A stretch of 62,477 nucleotides of DNA from Burkholderiales bacterium (GTDB taxonomy: Bacteria > Pseudomonadota > Gammaproteobacteria > Burkholderiales > Burkholderiaceae_C), in contig JBBSCX010000001.1 of NCBI GenBank assembly GCA_038249905.1, positions 1-62,477 on the forward strand. The letters are read 5' to 3'. Shown here in pieces: positions 53,207-62,477 of the stretch. The first letter of the stretch is position 1. The number at the start of each line of letters is the position of its first letter. Below the pieces are notes generated by a model. That model saw nothing but the letters and a program-made list of their open reading frames with translations. It ran no database searches and was not told the DNA's origin. The translations under genes were made by a program, and so were the position numbers.

Positions 53207-56200
53207 GGATTTGACGTCGAACGCGACGATGACGGACGTGGCCGACTTGCCCGAGCCGCTGGATGCACTGCGCCTGCCGCTGCGCGGCAGCCGGCTGATC
53301 GAGGCCGGCGCCGGCACGGGCAAGACCTGGACCATCGCCGCCCTGTACCTGCGGCTGGTGCTGGGCCACGGCCCCGGTCGTGTGCTGCCCTCGGGCGAGA
53401 CCGAGCCCGCGCTGGCGCCGCGGCAGATTCTGGTCATGACCTTCACCCGCGCGGCCACGCGCGAACTGTCCGACCGCATCCGCGCGCGCCTGATCGAGGC
53501 CGCCGCCTGCTTCCGCGGCCAGCGCAGTGTGCCGCCCGGCGACAGCCTGCTGCCTGCGCTGATGGCCGACTGCGCCGATGCCGCGGCGCAGGAACAGGCC
53601 GCTTGGCGCCTGGCCGCCGCCGCCGAGGCCATGGACGACGCGGCGGTCTTCACCATCGACGCCTGGTGCCAGCGCATGCTGCGCGAACATGCCTTCGACA
53701 GCGGCTGCCTGTTCGACGAGGAACTGCAGGCCGACGAGGCCGCACTGCAGGGCGAAGCCACGCGCGACTACTGGCGGCAGCAGGTGTACGGCCTGCCCGC
53801 ACAGTCCTTGGGCACCGTGCTGGCGCGCTGGAAGACGGTGCCGGCGCTGCAGGCCGACGCCGCCGCGCTGCGCGACCTGCCGCTGCCGCCCGGGGCCGCC
53901 GAGGGGTCGCTGGCAGCCGTGATGCACGACGTGCTGCAGCGCCGGGCGCAGACGCTGGCCGCGCTGAAGGCCGGTTGGGTCGAACGCATCGACGGGCTCG
54001 TCGGCTGGCTGGAGCAGCAATGGGCGCGCAAGGACAAGCCCCTGAACGGCAAGCGACTCGGCCCGGTGAACACGCGCCGCTGGCTGCAGGACCTGCGTGA
54101 CTGGGCGGCCGACCCCGCGGCCGAGCAGATTGACCTCACGGCCACGGCACGCGAGCGCCTGACGCCCGCCGGCTTTGCCAGCGCATTGAACGACGGCGCG
54201 CGCCTCGACATGCCGCCGGTGTTCGCCGACATCGAGGCCCTGCTGCCGGCGCTGGAAGCCACGCTGGCCGACGCCGACCCCGGCACCGCCATGCGGCTGC
54301 ACGCCGCCGCCTGCATCGCCGCACGTGTGCAGCAGCTGAAGGCGCAAAGCGGCCGCTTCGGCTTTGCCGACCTGCTGCAGCGCCTGGACGAGGCGCTGGA
54401 CCCGGCGCTCCACGGCGCCGCAGCGCTGCGCCTGCGCGACCGCATCCTGGCGCAGTACCCGGTGGCGCTGATCGACGAGTTCCAGGACACCTCGCCGCGG
54501 CAGTTGCGCATCTTCGACCGCCTCTATCGCATCGCCGATGACGACCCTGCCCATGCGCTGCTGCTGATCGGCGACCCCAAGCAATCGATCTACGCCTTCC
54601 GCGGCGCCGACATCCACAGCTACCTCGGGGCGCGCCGCGACACAGCCGGGCGCCACCACGCGCTGAGCACCAACCACCGTTCGACCGAGGCTGTGGTGGG
54701 GGCGGTGAACCGACTGTTCGAGGGCGCAGAACAGCGGCCCGGCGGGGGCGCCTTCCTGTTCCGCGAACCCGGTGAACCGGGCGCCCAAGACGGCTCCGGC
54801 CCGGTGCCATGGCTTGAAGCGGGCTCCGGCCCGTTGCCGTTCCTTGCAAGCGGCTCCGGCCCGCTGCCGTTCGTGGCCGTGCAGGCTCGCGGTCGGGCCG
54901 AGCGATTCGTCACCGCGGCCGGTGAGACACCCGCCTTGAGCCTGTGCGTCGACACCGAACTGCGGCTGCGCGAGCCGGCGCGCGCGCTCTTCGCCGCGCT
55001 GTGCGCCGAGCGCATCGTCGCCTTGCTCAACGACCCTCACGCCGGTTTCGAAGATGGCGCAAATGCCACCGGGGCCGACGCCCGGCGCCCACTGCATCCA
55101 ATGCGCCCCCTGCGCCCGGCCGACATCGCCGTGCTCGTGCGCACCGGCCGCGAGGCCCGCAGCGTGCGGCGGGCATTGCGTCAACGCGGTGTGGCCTCGG
55201 TCTATCTGTCGGACCAGGAGTCGGTCTTCGCCAGCGCCGAAGCGCGTGAGCTGCTGCGTCTGCTGCAGGCCGTCGCCGCGCCGCAGGACCTGCGTCTGGC
55301 ACGCGCCGCCCTGGCCGGCGCACTGCTGGGCCTGCCCTTGGGCGACCTGCTGCACCTGGCCAGCGACGACACCGCCTTCGACCGCCAGACCGAGCAGCTG
55401 CGCGAGCTGCATCAGGTGTGGAGAACCCAGGGCGTGCTGACCATGCTGCGCCAGGCGCTGCAGCGCTTCGATCTGCCGTCGCGCTGGCTGGCCGGTGCCA
55501 GTGCCAGTGCGAGAGCGAGTGCGAGAGCCATACAGGCGGGCGATGGCGAACGCCGCCTGACCAACGTGCTGCACCTGGCCGAACTGTTGCAGGCCGCCAG
55601 TGCCCAGCTCGACGGCCCGCAGGCCCTGCTGCGCTGGCTGGCGACGCAGATCGACGACACCCTGTCGGGTCGCGGCGGCGGTGACGCCGACGAGCGCGTG
55701 TTGCGCCTGGAGAGTGACGCCGACCTCGTCAAGGTGGTGACGGTGCACAAGGCCAAAGGACTGGAATACCCGCTCGTCTTCATGCCCTTCGCCACCGATT
55801 TCCGGACGCTCACCCGACAGAACACCGCGGCCGTGCTGCGGCGCGATCTGCCGGCCGCGACCGCCTTGCGCCTGCGGCCCGATGCCGCCGACCTGGCGGC
55901 CGAAGACCAGCGCCGGCTGCAGGAGGACATGCGCCTGCTGTACGTGGCGCTGACCCGGGCCCGCCACCTGCTGTGGGTCGGGGCGGCGGCCGTCCGCGAC
56001 CGCGCCGGCGTCTGCCAGTGGCCGCGCAGCGCGCTGGGGCAATTGGTGAGCGGTGTCTCGGCCGGCAGCCTGGCGCAGATGACGTCCGATCTGCAGGGGC
56101 TGACGGCGGCAACCCAAGGCATCGAGATCCAGTCTGTGGATGAGCTGCTGCTGCCTGCCGCCGAAGGTGCCGCCCCGGCGCCGCCGCTGACCCGGCTGCT

Positions 56201-57275
56201 GAATCGCGCCGCGCTGCCACCGTTGCGCGTCGCCCGGCCCTACAGCGCATCCTTCGACCGGCTGTGGTCGGTCAGCAGCTATTCCGCCCTGGTCCGCGAT
56301 GCCGGCCGGGCCTTGCCGCAGGCGCCGGCGGCGCTGCCGTCGACCGAGTCCGATCAGATGCTGCAACTGCGCCGCAACGACGAGCCCGAGACGCTCGACG
56401 CGCAAGCGAGCCCCGCCGCCGCGCCGCGCCCCGCAGCACCCGGCGCCGCCGTGGCCGGCAGTGCGTTTCAGCCCTGGCACACCTTCCCGCGCGGCGCGCT
56501 GGTCGGCAACTTCCTGCACGAACAGCTGGAATGGCTCGCTGGTGAGGGCTTCGCGCTCGATGGTTCGGCACCGCTGAGCCAGGCATTGCAACAGCCGCTG
56601 GCCGAGTCGCTGCGGCGCCGCTGTGAACGCCAGGGCTGGAGCGCACGCGCCGACGAGGTCTGCGACTGGTTGCGCCGCGTGTGCACCACGCCGCTGCCAC
56701 CGCTGAGCGTGCCGCTGTCGCAGTTGCAGACGCTGCGGCCCGAGATGGAGTTCTGGTTTCCCAGTGACGGGCTGGTGGCGGCGCGGGTCGATGCCCTGTG
56801 CCGCCAGCACATCCTGCCCGGCCGCGAACGTCCGGCCCTGGCCGAGCGCAGCCTGCACGGCATGTTGATGGGCTTTGCCGACCTCGTCTTCGAACATGCC
56901 GGCAGCGCCTGGGTGCTGGACTACAAGTCCAACCATCTCGGCGACAGCGACGCCGACTACGGCCTGGCCGCGATGGAGCAGGCCGTGCTGGCGCACCGGT
57001 ATGACGTGCAGGCCGCGCTGTACCTGCTGGCCTTGCAGCGGCTGCTGCGCGCGCGGCAGGGGTCGCGTGCGGACGGTGTCGCACCACCGCGACCGGGGAC
57101 CACGGGATCGCCGAGACCGGCGGGAGCCATCTTCCTGTTCCTGCGGGGCATCGGCCATGACGCCGCGGGCTGCCTGACGCTGCGGCCGCCGCCGGCGCTG
57201 ATCGATGCGCTGGACACGATGCTGAGCGCTGCGAATGCCATGCCGTCGTCCAACCGGGCGGAGGCGCGATCTTGA
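53202..57275 (+). CDS. recB: Exodeoxyribonuclease V beta subunit
   Basis: IEAGAGTGKT, TFTRAAT.EL, IDEFQDT, IGDPKQSIY.FRGAD, TVHKAKGLEY, LLYVALTRA, nuclease GFADLVF..LDYKSN. Confidence 0.94.
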   Translation: MKDLTSNATMTDVADLPEPLDALRLPLRGSRLIEAGAGTGKTWTIAALYLRLVLGHGPGRVLPSGETEPALAPRQILVMTFTRAATRELSDRIRARLIEAAACFRGQRSVPPGDSLLPALMADCADAAAQEQAAWRLAAAAEAMDDAAVFTIDAWCQRMLREHAFDSGCLFDEELQADEAALQGEATRDYWRQQVYGLPAQSLGTVLARWKTVPALQADAAALRDLPLPPGAAEGSLAAVMHDVLQRRAQTLAALKAGWVERIDGLVGWLEQQWARKDKPLNGKRLGPVNTRRWLQDLRDWAADPAAEQIDLTATARERLTPAGFASALNDGARLDMPPVFADIEALLPALEATLADADPGTAMRLHAAACIAARVQQLKAQSGRFGFADLLQRLDEALDPALHGAAALRLRDRILAQYPVALIDEFQDTSPRQLRIFDRLYRIADDDPAHALLLIGDPKQSIYAFRGADIHSYLGARRDTAGRHHALSTNHRSTEAVVGAVNRLFEGAEQRPGGGAFLFREPGEPGAQDGSGPVPWLEAGSGPLPFLASGSGPLPFVAVQARGRAERFVTAAGETPALSLCVDTELRLREPARALFAALCAERIVALLNDPHAGFEDGANATGADARRPLHPMRPLRPADIAVLVRTGREARSVRRALRQRGVASVYLSDQESVFASAEARELLRLLQAVAAPQDLRLARAALAGALLGLPLGDLLHLASDDTAFDRQTEQLRELHQVWRTQGVLTMLRQALQRFDLPSRWLAGASASARASARAIQAGDGERRLTNVLHLAELLQAASAQLDGPQALLRWLATQIDDTLSGRGGGDADERVLRLESDADLVKVVTVHKAKGLEYPLVFMPFATDFRTLTRQNTAAVLRRDLPAATALRLRPDAADLAAEDQRRLQEDMRLLYVALTRARHLLWVGAAAVRDRAGVCQWPRSALGQLVSGVSAGSLAQMTSDLQGLTAATQGIEIQSVDELLLPAAEGAAPAPPLTRLLNRAALPPLRVARPYSASFDRLWSVSSYSALVRDAGRALPQAPAALPSTESDQMLQLRRNDEPETLDAQASPAAAPRPAAPGAAVAGSAFQPWHTFPRGALVGNFLHEQLEWLAGEGFALDGSAPLSQALQQPLAESLRRRCERQGWSARADEVCDWLRRVCTTPLPPLSVPLSQLQTLRPEMEFWFPSDGLVAARVDALCRQHILPGRERPALAERSLHGMLMGFADLVFEHAGSAWVLDYKSNHLGDSDADYGLAAMEQAVLAHRYDVQAALYLLALQRLLRARQGSRADGVAPPRPGTTGSPRPAGAIFLFLRGIGHDAAGCLTLRPPPALIDALDTMLSAANAMPSSNRAEARS
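54792..54872 (+). repeat. Imperfect 30-bp tandem repeat inside recB
   Basis: GSGPVPWLEA / GSGPLPFLAS / GSGPLPF. Confidence 0.8.
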
Positions 57276-59398
57276 CTTCCCCGGCCGACCAACGCCACGC
57301 CGCCGCCGACCTGACGACCGAGCAAGTTCTGGCGCTGCTGCAGTCGTGGCGCGACGCCGGCTGGCTGCGGGCGCTGGATCTGGCTCTCGCCCGCTTCCTT
57401 CATGACCTGGACGCCGATGCGCCCGCCAGCCTGCTGCTGGCGGCCGCCCTGGTGTCGCAACTGGAATCGCGCGGCCACAGTGGCCTGCCGGTGGCCGCAC
57501 GGTCGGACCGCGACACTGCCGAGTCCATGGCGGCGGCGTGGGCGGCCTGGCTGGACTGGCCGGCCGATGCCGAAGGAGCTTTGGCGCAAGCCCTTGCCGG
57601 CTGGCCGGCCGATGCCGCGGTTCGGCAACGGGCCTGGGCCCGCAGCCGTGTGCTGACCTGCATCGACGCCGTGGCCGACGCGACGACGGCGCAAGAGGGC
57701 GCTGTCATCACCCCCCTGGTGCTGTCGCAGGGCCGGCTGGCGCTGCGCCGCCACTGGCGCGACGAGGGCCGCGTGGCCGCGGGTCTGCAGGCGCTGCTGG
57801 CTGAAAGTTCGGGCCCGGCCGCGACGCATCGATTCATCCCGCCGTCGCCTTTCGCTTTCGACCAGCAGCAGGCCAGGCAGTGGCTGCAACGTCTCTTCCC
57901 TGCGGTCGAGGGCGCTGGCGCCACGACAGCCGACGCCCAAGCCGAAGCCGGCGCCGGCGCCGTGGACTGGCAAAGGACGGCCTGCGCATTGGCCCTGCGC
58001 GGACGGCTGACAGTCGTTACGGGCGGCCCGGGCACCGGCAAGACCTGGGTGGCGGCGCGCATGCTGGTGCTGCTGCAGGCGCTGCACACCGGTCCGCAGC
58101 CACTGCAGGTGGCGCTGGCTGCACCGACCGGCAAGGCGGCGGCGCGGCTGCGCCAGTCTTTCGAATCGGCGCTGGGTGACTTGCATGCCACCCTGGTCGA
58201 CGAATGGCCCGGCGCGCAGACCCTCGATCCCGGGCCCGCCCGCACCCTGCATGCGTTGCTGGGCGTGCGCCCGGGCAGCCGACACTTCTTGCACGACGCC
58301 GCCCGGCCACTGGACCTGGATCTGCTGTTTGTCGACGAGGCCTCGATGGTCCACCTCGAGATGATGGCGGCCCTGCTGCAGGCGCTGCCCCCGCAATGCC
58401 GCCTGGTGCTGCTGGGCGACCGCGACCAACTGGCATCGGTGGAGGCCGGCTCTGTGTTGGGTGACATCTGCGGCCACGCGCAACCGGGCGGCCAGCCGGC
58501 CTACAGCGCTGCCACGGCGCTGTGGGTGGAGGCCCTGACCGGGCAGGTACTGCCGCACACCGCGCCGGGCGACGGCCACGCGCTGGCACAGCAGACGGTG
58601 GCGCTGCGCCACAGCCGCCGCTTCGGCGGCCCGATCGGCGCGTTGGCGCGGGCCGTCAACGCAGGCGACACCGTGGCGGCGCAGGCCCTGCTGGACGGCG
58701 ACGGCACAGCCGCCGTCGCGCGGGCCGCACTACGCGACACGGCCGAAGCCGCCGCGCTGGCCGCCACCGGCTACCGCGGGTACACCCAGATGCTGGCGCG
58801 GCGCCCCGACGAGCGCACGGCCTTCGAGCCCTGGGTGCAGCAACTGCTGAGCGCCTTCGACACCATGCGCGTGCTGTGCGCGCTGCGCGAAGGCCCCTGG
58901 GGCGTCACCGGCCTGAACGCGGCCATCGAGCAAGCGCTGTCGACGCAGCGGCTGATCGCGCGACGTGGCGAGTGGTACGAAGGCAGGCCCGTGCTGGTGA
59001 CGCGCAACGATCCCGGCCTGGGCGTGTTCAACGGCGACATCGGCATCGTGCTGCGCAGTCCGTCTCCGGAAGGCCGCGACACCCCATCGCTGCGCGCCTG
59101 GTTCCGCGATGGCGACGGGCTGCGATCGATCGCTGTCGGCCGGCTGGTGCAGTTGCAGACGGCATGGGCGATGACGGTGCACAAGAGCCAGGGCTCGGAG
59201 TTTTCACAGGTCCTGATGGTCCTGCCCGGGCAGGACAGCCCGGTGTTGACGCGCGAACTGCTCTACACCGGCATCACGCGTGCACGCGTGGCCTTCATGC
59301 TGGCTGGGCCGGCCGGCCTGCCTCTGGACGCGGCCATCGGTCGACGCACTAGAAGGCTGAGCGGCCTGCCGTTGCGGCTGGCGGCGGCGGGGGTGTGA
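57272..59398 (+). CDS. recD: Exodeoxyribonuclease V alpha subunit
   Basis: TTG start overlapping recB stop; DWQR.A, TGGPGTGKT, APTGKAA, VDEASM, GDRDQL.SVEAG, TVHKSQGSEF, RELLYTGITRAR. Confidence 0.93.
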   Translation: MTSPADQRHAAADLTTEQVLALLQSWRDAGWLRALDLALARFLHDLDADAPASLLLAAALVSQLESRGHSGLPVAARSDRDTAESMAAAWAAWLDWPADAEGALAQALAGWPADAAVRQRAWARSRVLTCIDAVADATTAQEGAVITPLVLSQGRLALRRHWRDEGRVAAGLQALLAESSGPAATHRFIPPSPFAFDQQQARQWLQRLFPAVEGAGATTADAQAEAGAGAVDWQRTACALALRGRLTVVTGGPGTGKTWVAARMLVLLQALHTGPQPLQVALAAPTGKAAARLRQSFESALGDLHATLVDEWPGAQTLDPGPARTLHALLGVRPGSRHFLHDAARPLDLDLLFVDEASMVHLEMMAALLQALPPQCRLVLLGDRDQLASVEAGSVLGDICGHAQPGGQPAYSAATALWVEALTGQVLPHTAPGDGHALAQQTVALRHSRRFGGPIGALARAVNAGDTVAAQALLDGDGTAAVARAALRDTAEAAALAATGYRGYTQMLARRPDERTAFEPWVQQLLSAFDTMRVLCALREGPWGVTGLNAAIEQALSTQRLIARRGEWYEGRPVLVTRNDPGLGVFNGDIGIVLRSPSPEGRDTPSLRAWFRDGDGLRSIAVGRLVQLQTAWAMTVHKSQGSEFSQVLMVLPGQDSPVLTRELLYTGITRARVAFMLAGPAGLPLDAAIGRRTRRLSGLPLRLAAAGV

Positions 59399-59423
59399 GA
59401 CGCTTCGGCGCCGGAACTGGGCC

Positions 59424-59463
59424 GGCGTTTTGGGGCGTTTTGGGGCGTTTTGGGGCGTTTTGG
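59424..59463. repeat. Perfect 10-bp tandem repeat x4
   Basis: (GGCGTTTTGG)4 between recD and the tRNA 3' end. Confidence 0.92.
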
Positions 59464-59515
59464 GCCAGCGGTTGGGGCCAGCGTTTGCGGCCAACGTGCT
59501 CGGCGAAGCCATGTC

Positions 59516-59592
59516 TGGTCGGGGTGAGAGGATTCGAACCTCCGGCCTCTACGTCCCGAACGTAGCGCTCTACCAGGCTAAGCTACACCCCG
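59516..59592 (-). tRNA. tRNA-Pro (anticodon CGG)
   Basis: Reverse complement CGGGGTGTAGCTTAGCCTGGTAGAGCGCTACGTTCGGGACGTAGAGGCCGGAGGTTCGAATCCTCTCACCCCGACCA; cloverleaf, TTCGA loop, encoded CCA. Confidence 0.97.
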
Positions 59593-59662
59593 ATTTGCTC
59601 TGCAAAACCGGCAGCCCCTGCGGGCCGCGGCCATCGCCGCACGTCGTCTGGCGCGAGTCCGT

Positions 59663-60646
59663 TCAGGACGAACGGTGCACCGACTGAGCCAACAATTCTA
59701 GCAGAGCGTCGCGGGCCGCCGAGGCGGGCAATGCGCTCAGCGCCGCTCGCGCCAGTTCGGCCTGCTGCCGCGCCGCTTCACGCGTGGCTTCGAGCGCCCC
59801 GGTGCGGCGCACGATTTCGAGAACCTCGGGCAGACGCTGCACCTCGCCCTGCTCGATCGCCTTGCGAATGAGTGCGCGTTCGGCCGGCGCACCGCGCTCC
59901 ATCGCCAGCAGCAGCGGCAATGTCGGCTTGCCCTCGCGCAGGTCGTCGCCGACGTTCTTGCCCAGTTCCTCGCTGTTGCCTTCGTAGTCCAGCAGGTCGT
60001 CCACCAGCTGGAAGGCGGTGCCCAGCGAACGGCCGTAGTCGGCGCAGGCTTCCTCGACCAGCGGATCGGCGCCGCCCAGCACCGCACCCAGGCGGGCGCT
60101 GGCCTCGAACAGCTTGGCGGTCTTGAAGCGGATGACCTGCAGATAGTCCTCGACCGTCAGGTCGGGGTCGTGCATGTTCATCAACTGCAAGACCTCGCCC
60201 TCGGCGATGACGTTGGTGGCATCGGCCAGCACGTCCAGCACCCGCATGCGGTTGATGCCGACCATCATCTGGAAAGCGCGCGAATACAGGAAGTCGCCGA
60301 CCAGCACGCTGGCGGCGTTGCCGAAGGTGGCGTTGGCGGTGGCGCGGCCGCGGCGCAACGCCGATTCATCGACCACGTCGTCGTGCAACAGCGTGGCGGT
60401 GTGGATGAACTCGACGATGGCTGCAAGCTCGTAGCGTTCCGGGCCCTCGAAGCCCAGCGCCTCAGAGAACATCAATACCAGCCGCGGCCTGATGCGCTTG
60501 CCACCCGCACCGATGATGTAACGCGAGATCTGGTCGATCAGCGCCACGCGCGACGAAAGGCGCTCGCGTATCACCGCATCGACCCGGAGCATCGCCGTGT
60601 CTGCAGCATCCGCCGGGACGGCGGGAGGGGCGGTGGTCAGGAGCAC
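59663..60646 (-). CDS. ispB: Octaprenyl diphosphate synthase; start approximate (GTG)
   Basis: GGKRIRP, EFIHTATLLHDDVVDES..RRG, FQLVDDLLD, GDDLREGK; divergent from rplU. Confidence 0.93.
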   Translation of the reverse strand: MLLTTAPPAVPADAADTAMLRVDAVIRERLSSRVALIDQISRYIIGAGGKRIRPRLVLMFSEALGFEGPERYELAAIVEFIHTATLLHDDVVDESALRRGRATANATFGNAASVLVGDFLYSRAFQMMVGINRMRVLDVLADATNVIAEGEVLQLMNMHDPDLTVEDYLQVIRFKTAKLFEASARLGAVLGGADPLVEEACADYGRSLGTAFQLVDDLLDYEGNSEELGKNVGDDLREGKPTLPLLLAMERGAPAERALIRKAIEQGEVQRLPEVLEIVRRTGALEATREAARQQAELARAALSALPASAARDALLELLAQSVHRSS

Positions 60647-60897
60647 TGGCGGGGTGTGATTTCGTCCGACGATTATAGGAAGCGGCCCGTCCGAACCCGA
60701 TGCCAGGGTTGGTGTGTGACGCGGCAGGGGGCGGTGCCAGAGTTGCACACCACCTGGCCATAGAGTCAGCGTGCTATACTGTAAGGCTGTTCGGCGGTTG
60801 CATCCGCGCGCTTGCTGTATGACCGGATCTGCCGGGCTGCATACGGTGGCAGTGAGGCGCACTTCGCCGCTCACCCGAGAGATTGGAAAGGTCACAC

Positions 60898-61221
60898 ATG
60901 TACGCGGTCATAAAAACCGGTGGCAAGCAATACAAGGTTGCTGCCGGCGAGAAGATCAAGGTAGAACAGATTGCTGCGGACGTGGGCCAGGAAATCGTGA
61001 TCGAGCAGGTTCTGGCCGTCGGCAGCGGCGCAGACCTGCAGGTCGGGGCTCCCTGGGTCGCGGGTGCCAGTGTCAAGGTCACAGTCGTGGCCCATGGCCG
61101 GCATGACAAGGTGCGCATCTTCAAGATGCGTCGCCGCAAGCACTATCAGAAGCACGGCGGTCACCGCCAGAACTTCACCGAACTGCAGATCGGTGAATTC
61201 AGCGTCGCTGCGGCGGCCTGA
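60898..61221 (+). CDS. rplU: 50S ribosomal protein L21
   Basis: [27 protein letters not shown]. Confidence 0.98.
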   Translation: MYAVIKTGGKQYKVAAGEKIKVEQIAADVGQEIVIEQVLAVGSGADLQVGAPWVAGASVKVTVVAHGRHDKVRIFKMRRRKHYQKHGGHRQNFTELQIGEFSVAAAA

Positions 61222-61241
61222 GCGACGAGGAGCACTGAACC

Positions 61242-61499
61242 ATGGCACAGAAAAAGGGCGGCGGTTCCACCCGCAACGGGCGCGACTCCAAGCCGAAGAT
61301 GCTGGGCGTCAAGGTGTTCGGCGGCCAGACGGTGTCGGCCGGCGCCATCATCGTGCGTCAGCGCGGTACCAAGTTCCACCCCGGTACCAACGTCGGCATC
61401 GGCAAGGACCACACGCTGTTCGCGCTGGTCAATGGCGCGGTGTCCTTCGACATCAAGGGCGAACGCAACCGCCAGACGGTTTTCGTCACACCGGCCTGA
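61242..61499 (+). CDS. rpmA: 50S ribosomal protein L27
   Basis: [31 protein letters not shown]. Confidence 0.98.
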   Translation: MAQKKGGGSTRNGRDSKPKMLGVKVFGGQTVSAGAIIVRQRGTKFHPGTNVGIGKDHTLFALVNGAVSFDIKGERNRQTVFVTPA

Positions 61500-61521
61500 G
61501 CCCGAACCCGGCACCTTCGCG

Positions 61522-61550
61522 AAGCCCCGGCCTTCCGGGGCTTTGTCGTT
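61522..61550 (+). terminator. Terminator-like hairpin after rpmA
   Basis: AAGCCCCGG-CCTT-CCGGGGCTT followed by TGTCGTT. Confidence 0.7.
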
Positions 61551-61566
61551 GATGGCCGCTGGATAA

Positions 61567-62477
<911 letters not shown>

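Noticed and set aside
48995-57500. Very long antisense ORFs (1105 aa, 1578 aa) and other shadow ORFs such as 31466..33763, 33625..36120, 41568..43118, 47340..49286
   Set aside because: Opposite well-supported genes, no recognisable motifs; expected in about 70% GC DNA
59424-59463. CRISPR array or att site suggested by repeats near the tRNA
   Set aside because: Units are contiguous 10-mers with no spacers, no cas genes, no integrase and no duplicated tRNA 3' end noticed
60672-60780. Sigma70 promoters for ispB (TATAAT on -) and rplU (TGCTATACT on +)
   Set aside because: Plausible -10 boxes but no matching -35 elements; not listed as features

Overview
GC-rich betaproteobacterial (Burkholderiales-like; taxonomy inferred from protein style and gene order) chromosomal window with no integrase, transposase or CRISPR array. 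From left to right: (1) a 5'-truncated double-length UvrA; (2) a ~10 kb PEP-CTERM cluster (4 intact genes, 3 pseudogenes/remnants) built around a BTAD/SARP-AAA-TPR regulator, with two distinct upstream motif sets readable in the DNA (sigma54 + IHF + TGT-N11-ACA enhancer; and TGCAACG direct repeats with 11-bp period); (3) a ~20 kb selenium/sulfur small-molecule region: selD(senC)-senB-senA selenoneine genes, egtD, a PhnCDE-like putative selenium-oxyanion ABC transporter, egtB, an Mla/Pqi-type ABC system, a DoxX fragment, and an ArsS-family radical SAM / DedA-flavoreductase / DUF547 / TIGR04283-type glycosyltransferase / SelD-N-terminal-type oxidoreductase operon; (4) housekeeping genes: cytochrome c4, engB, hydrolase, DUF1631-like, groEL-groES with CIRCE and sigma32 promoter, yacG-zapD-coaE-pilD-pilC-pilB, recC-recB-recD next to tRNA-Pro(CGG), ispB, rplU, rpmA and a 3'-truncated obgE. 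Short imperfect tandem duplications are frequent throughout. All family assignments come from motif recognition by eye, not database searches.
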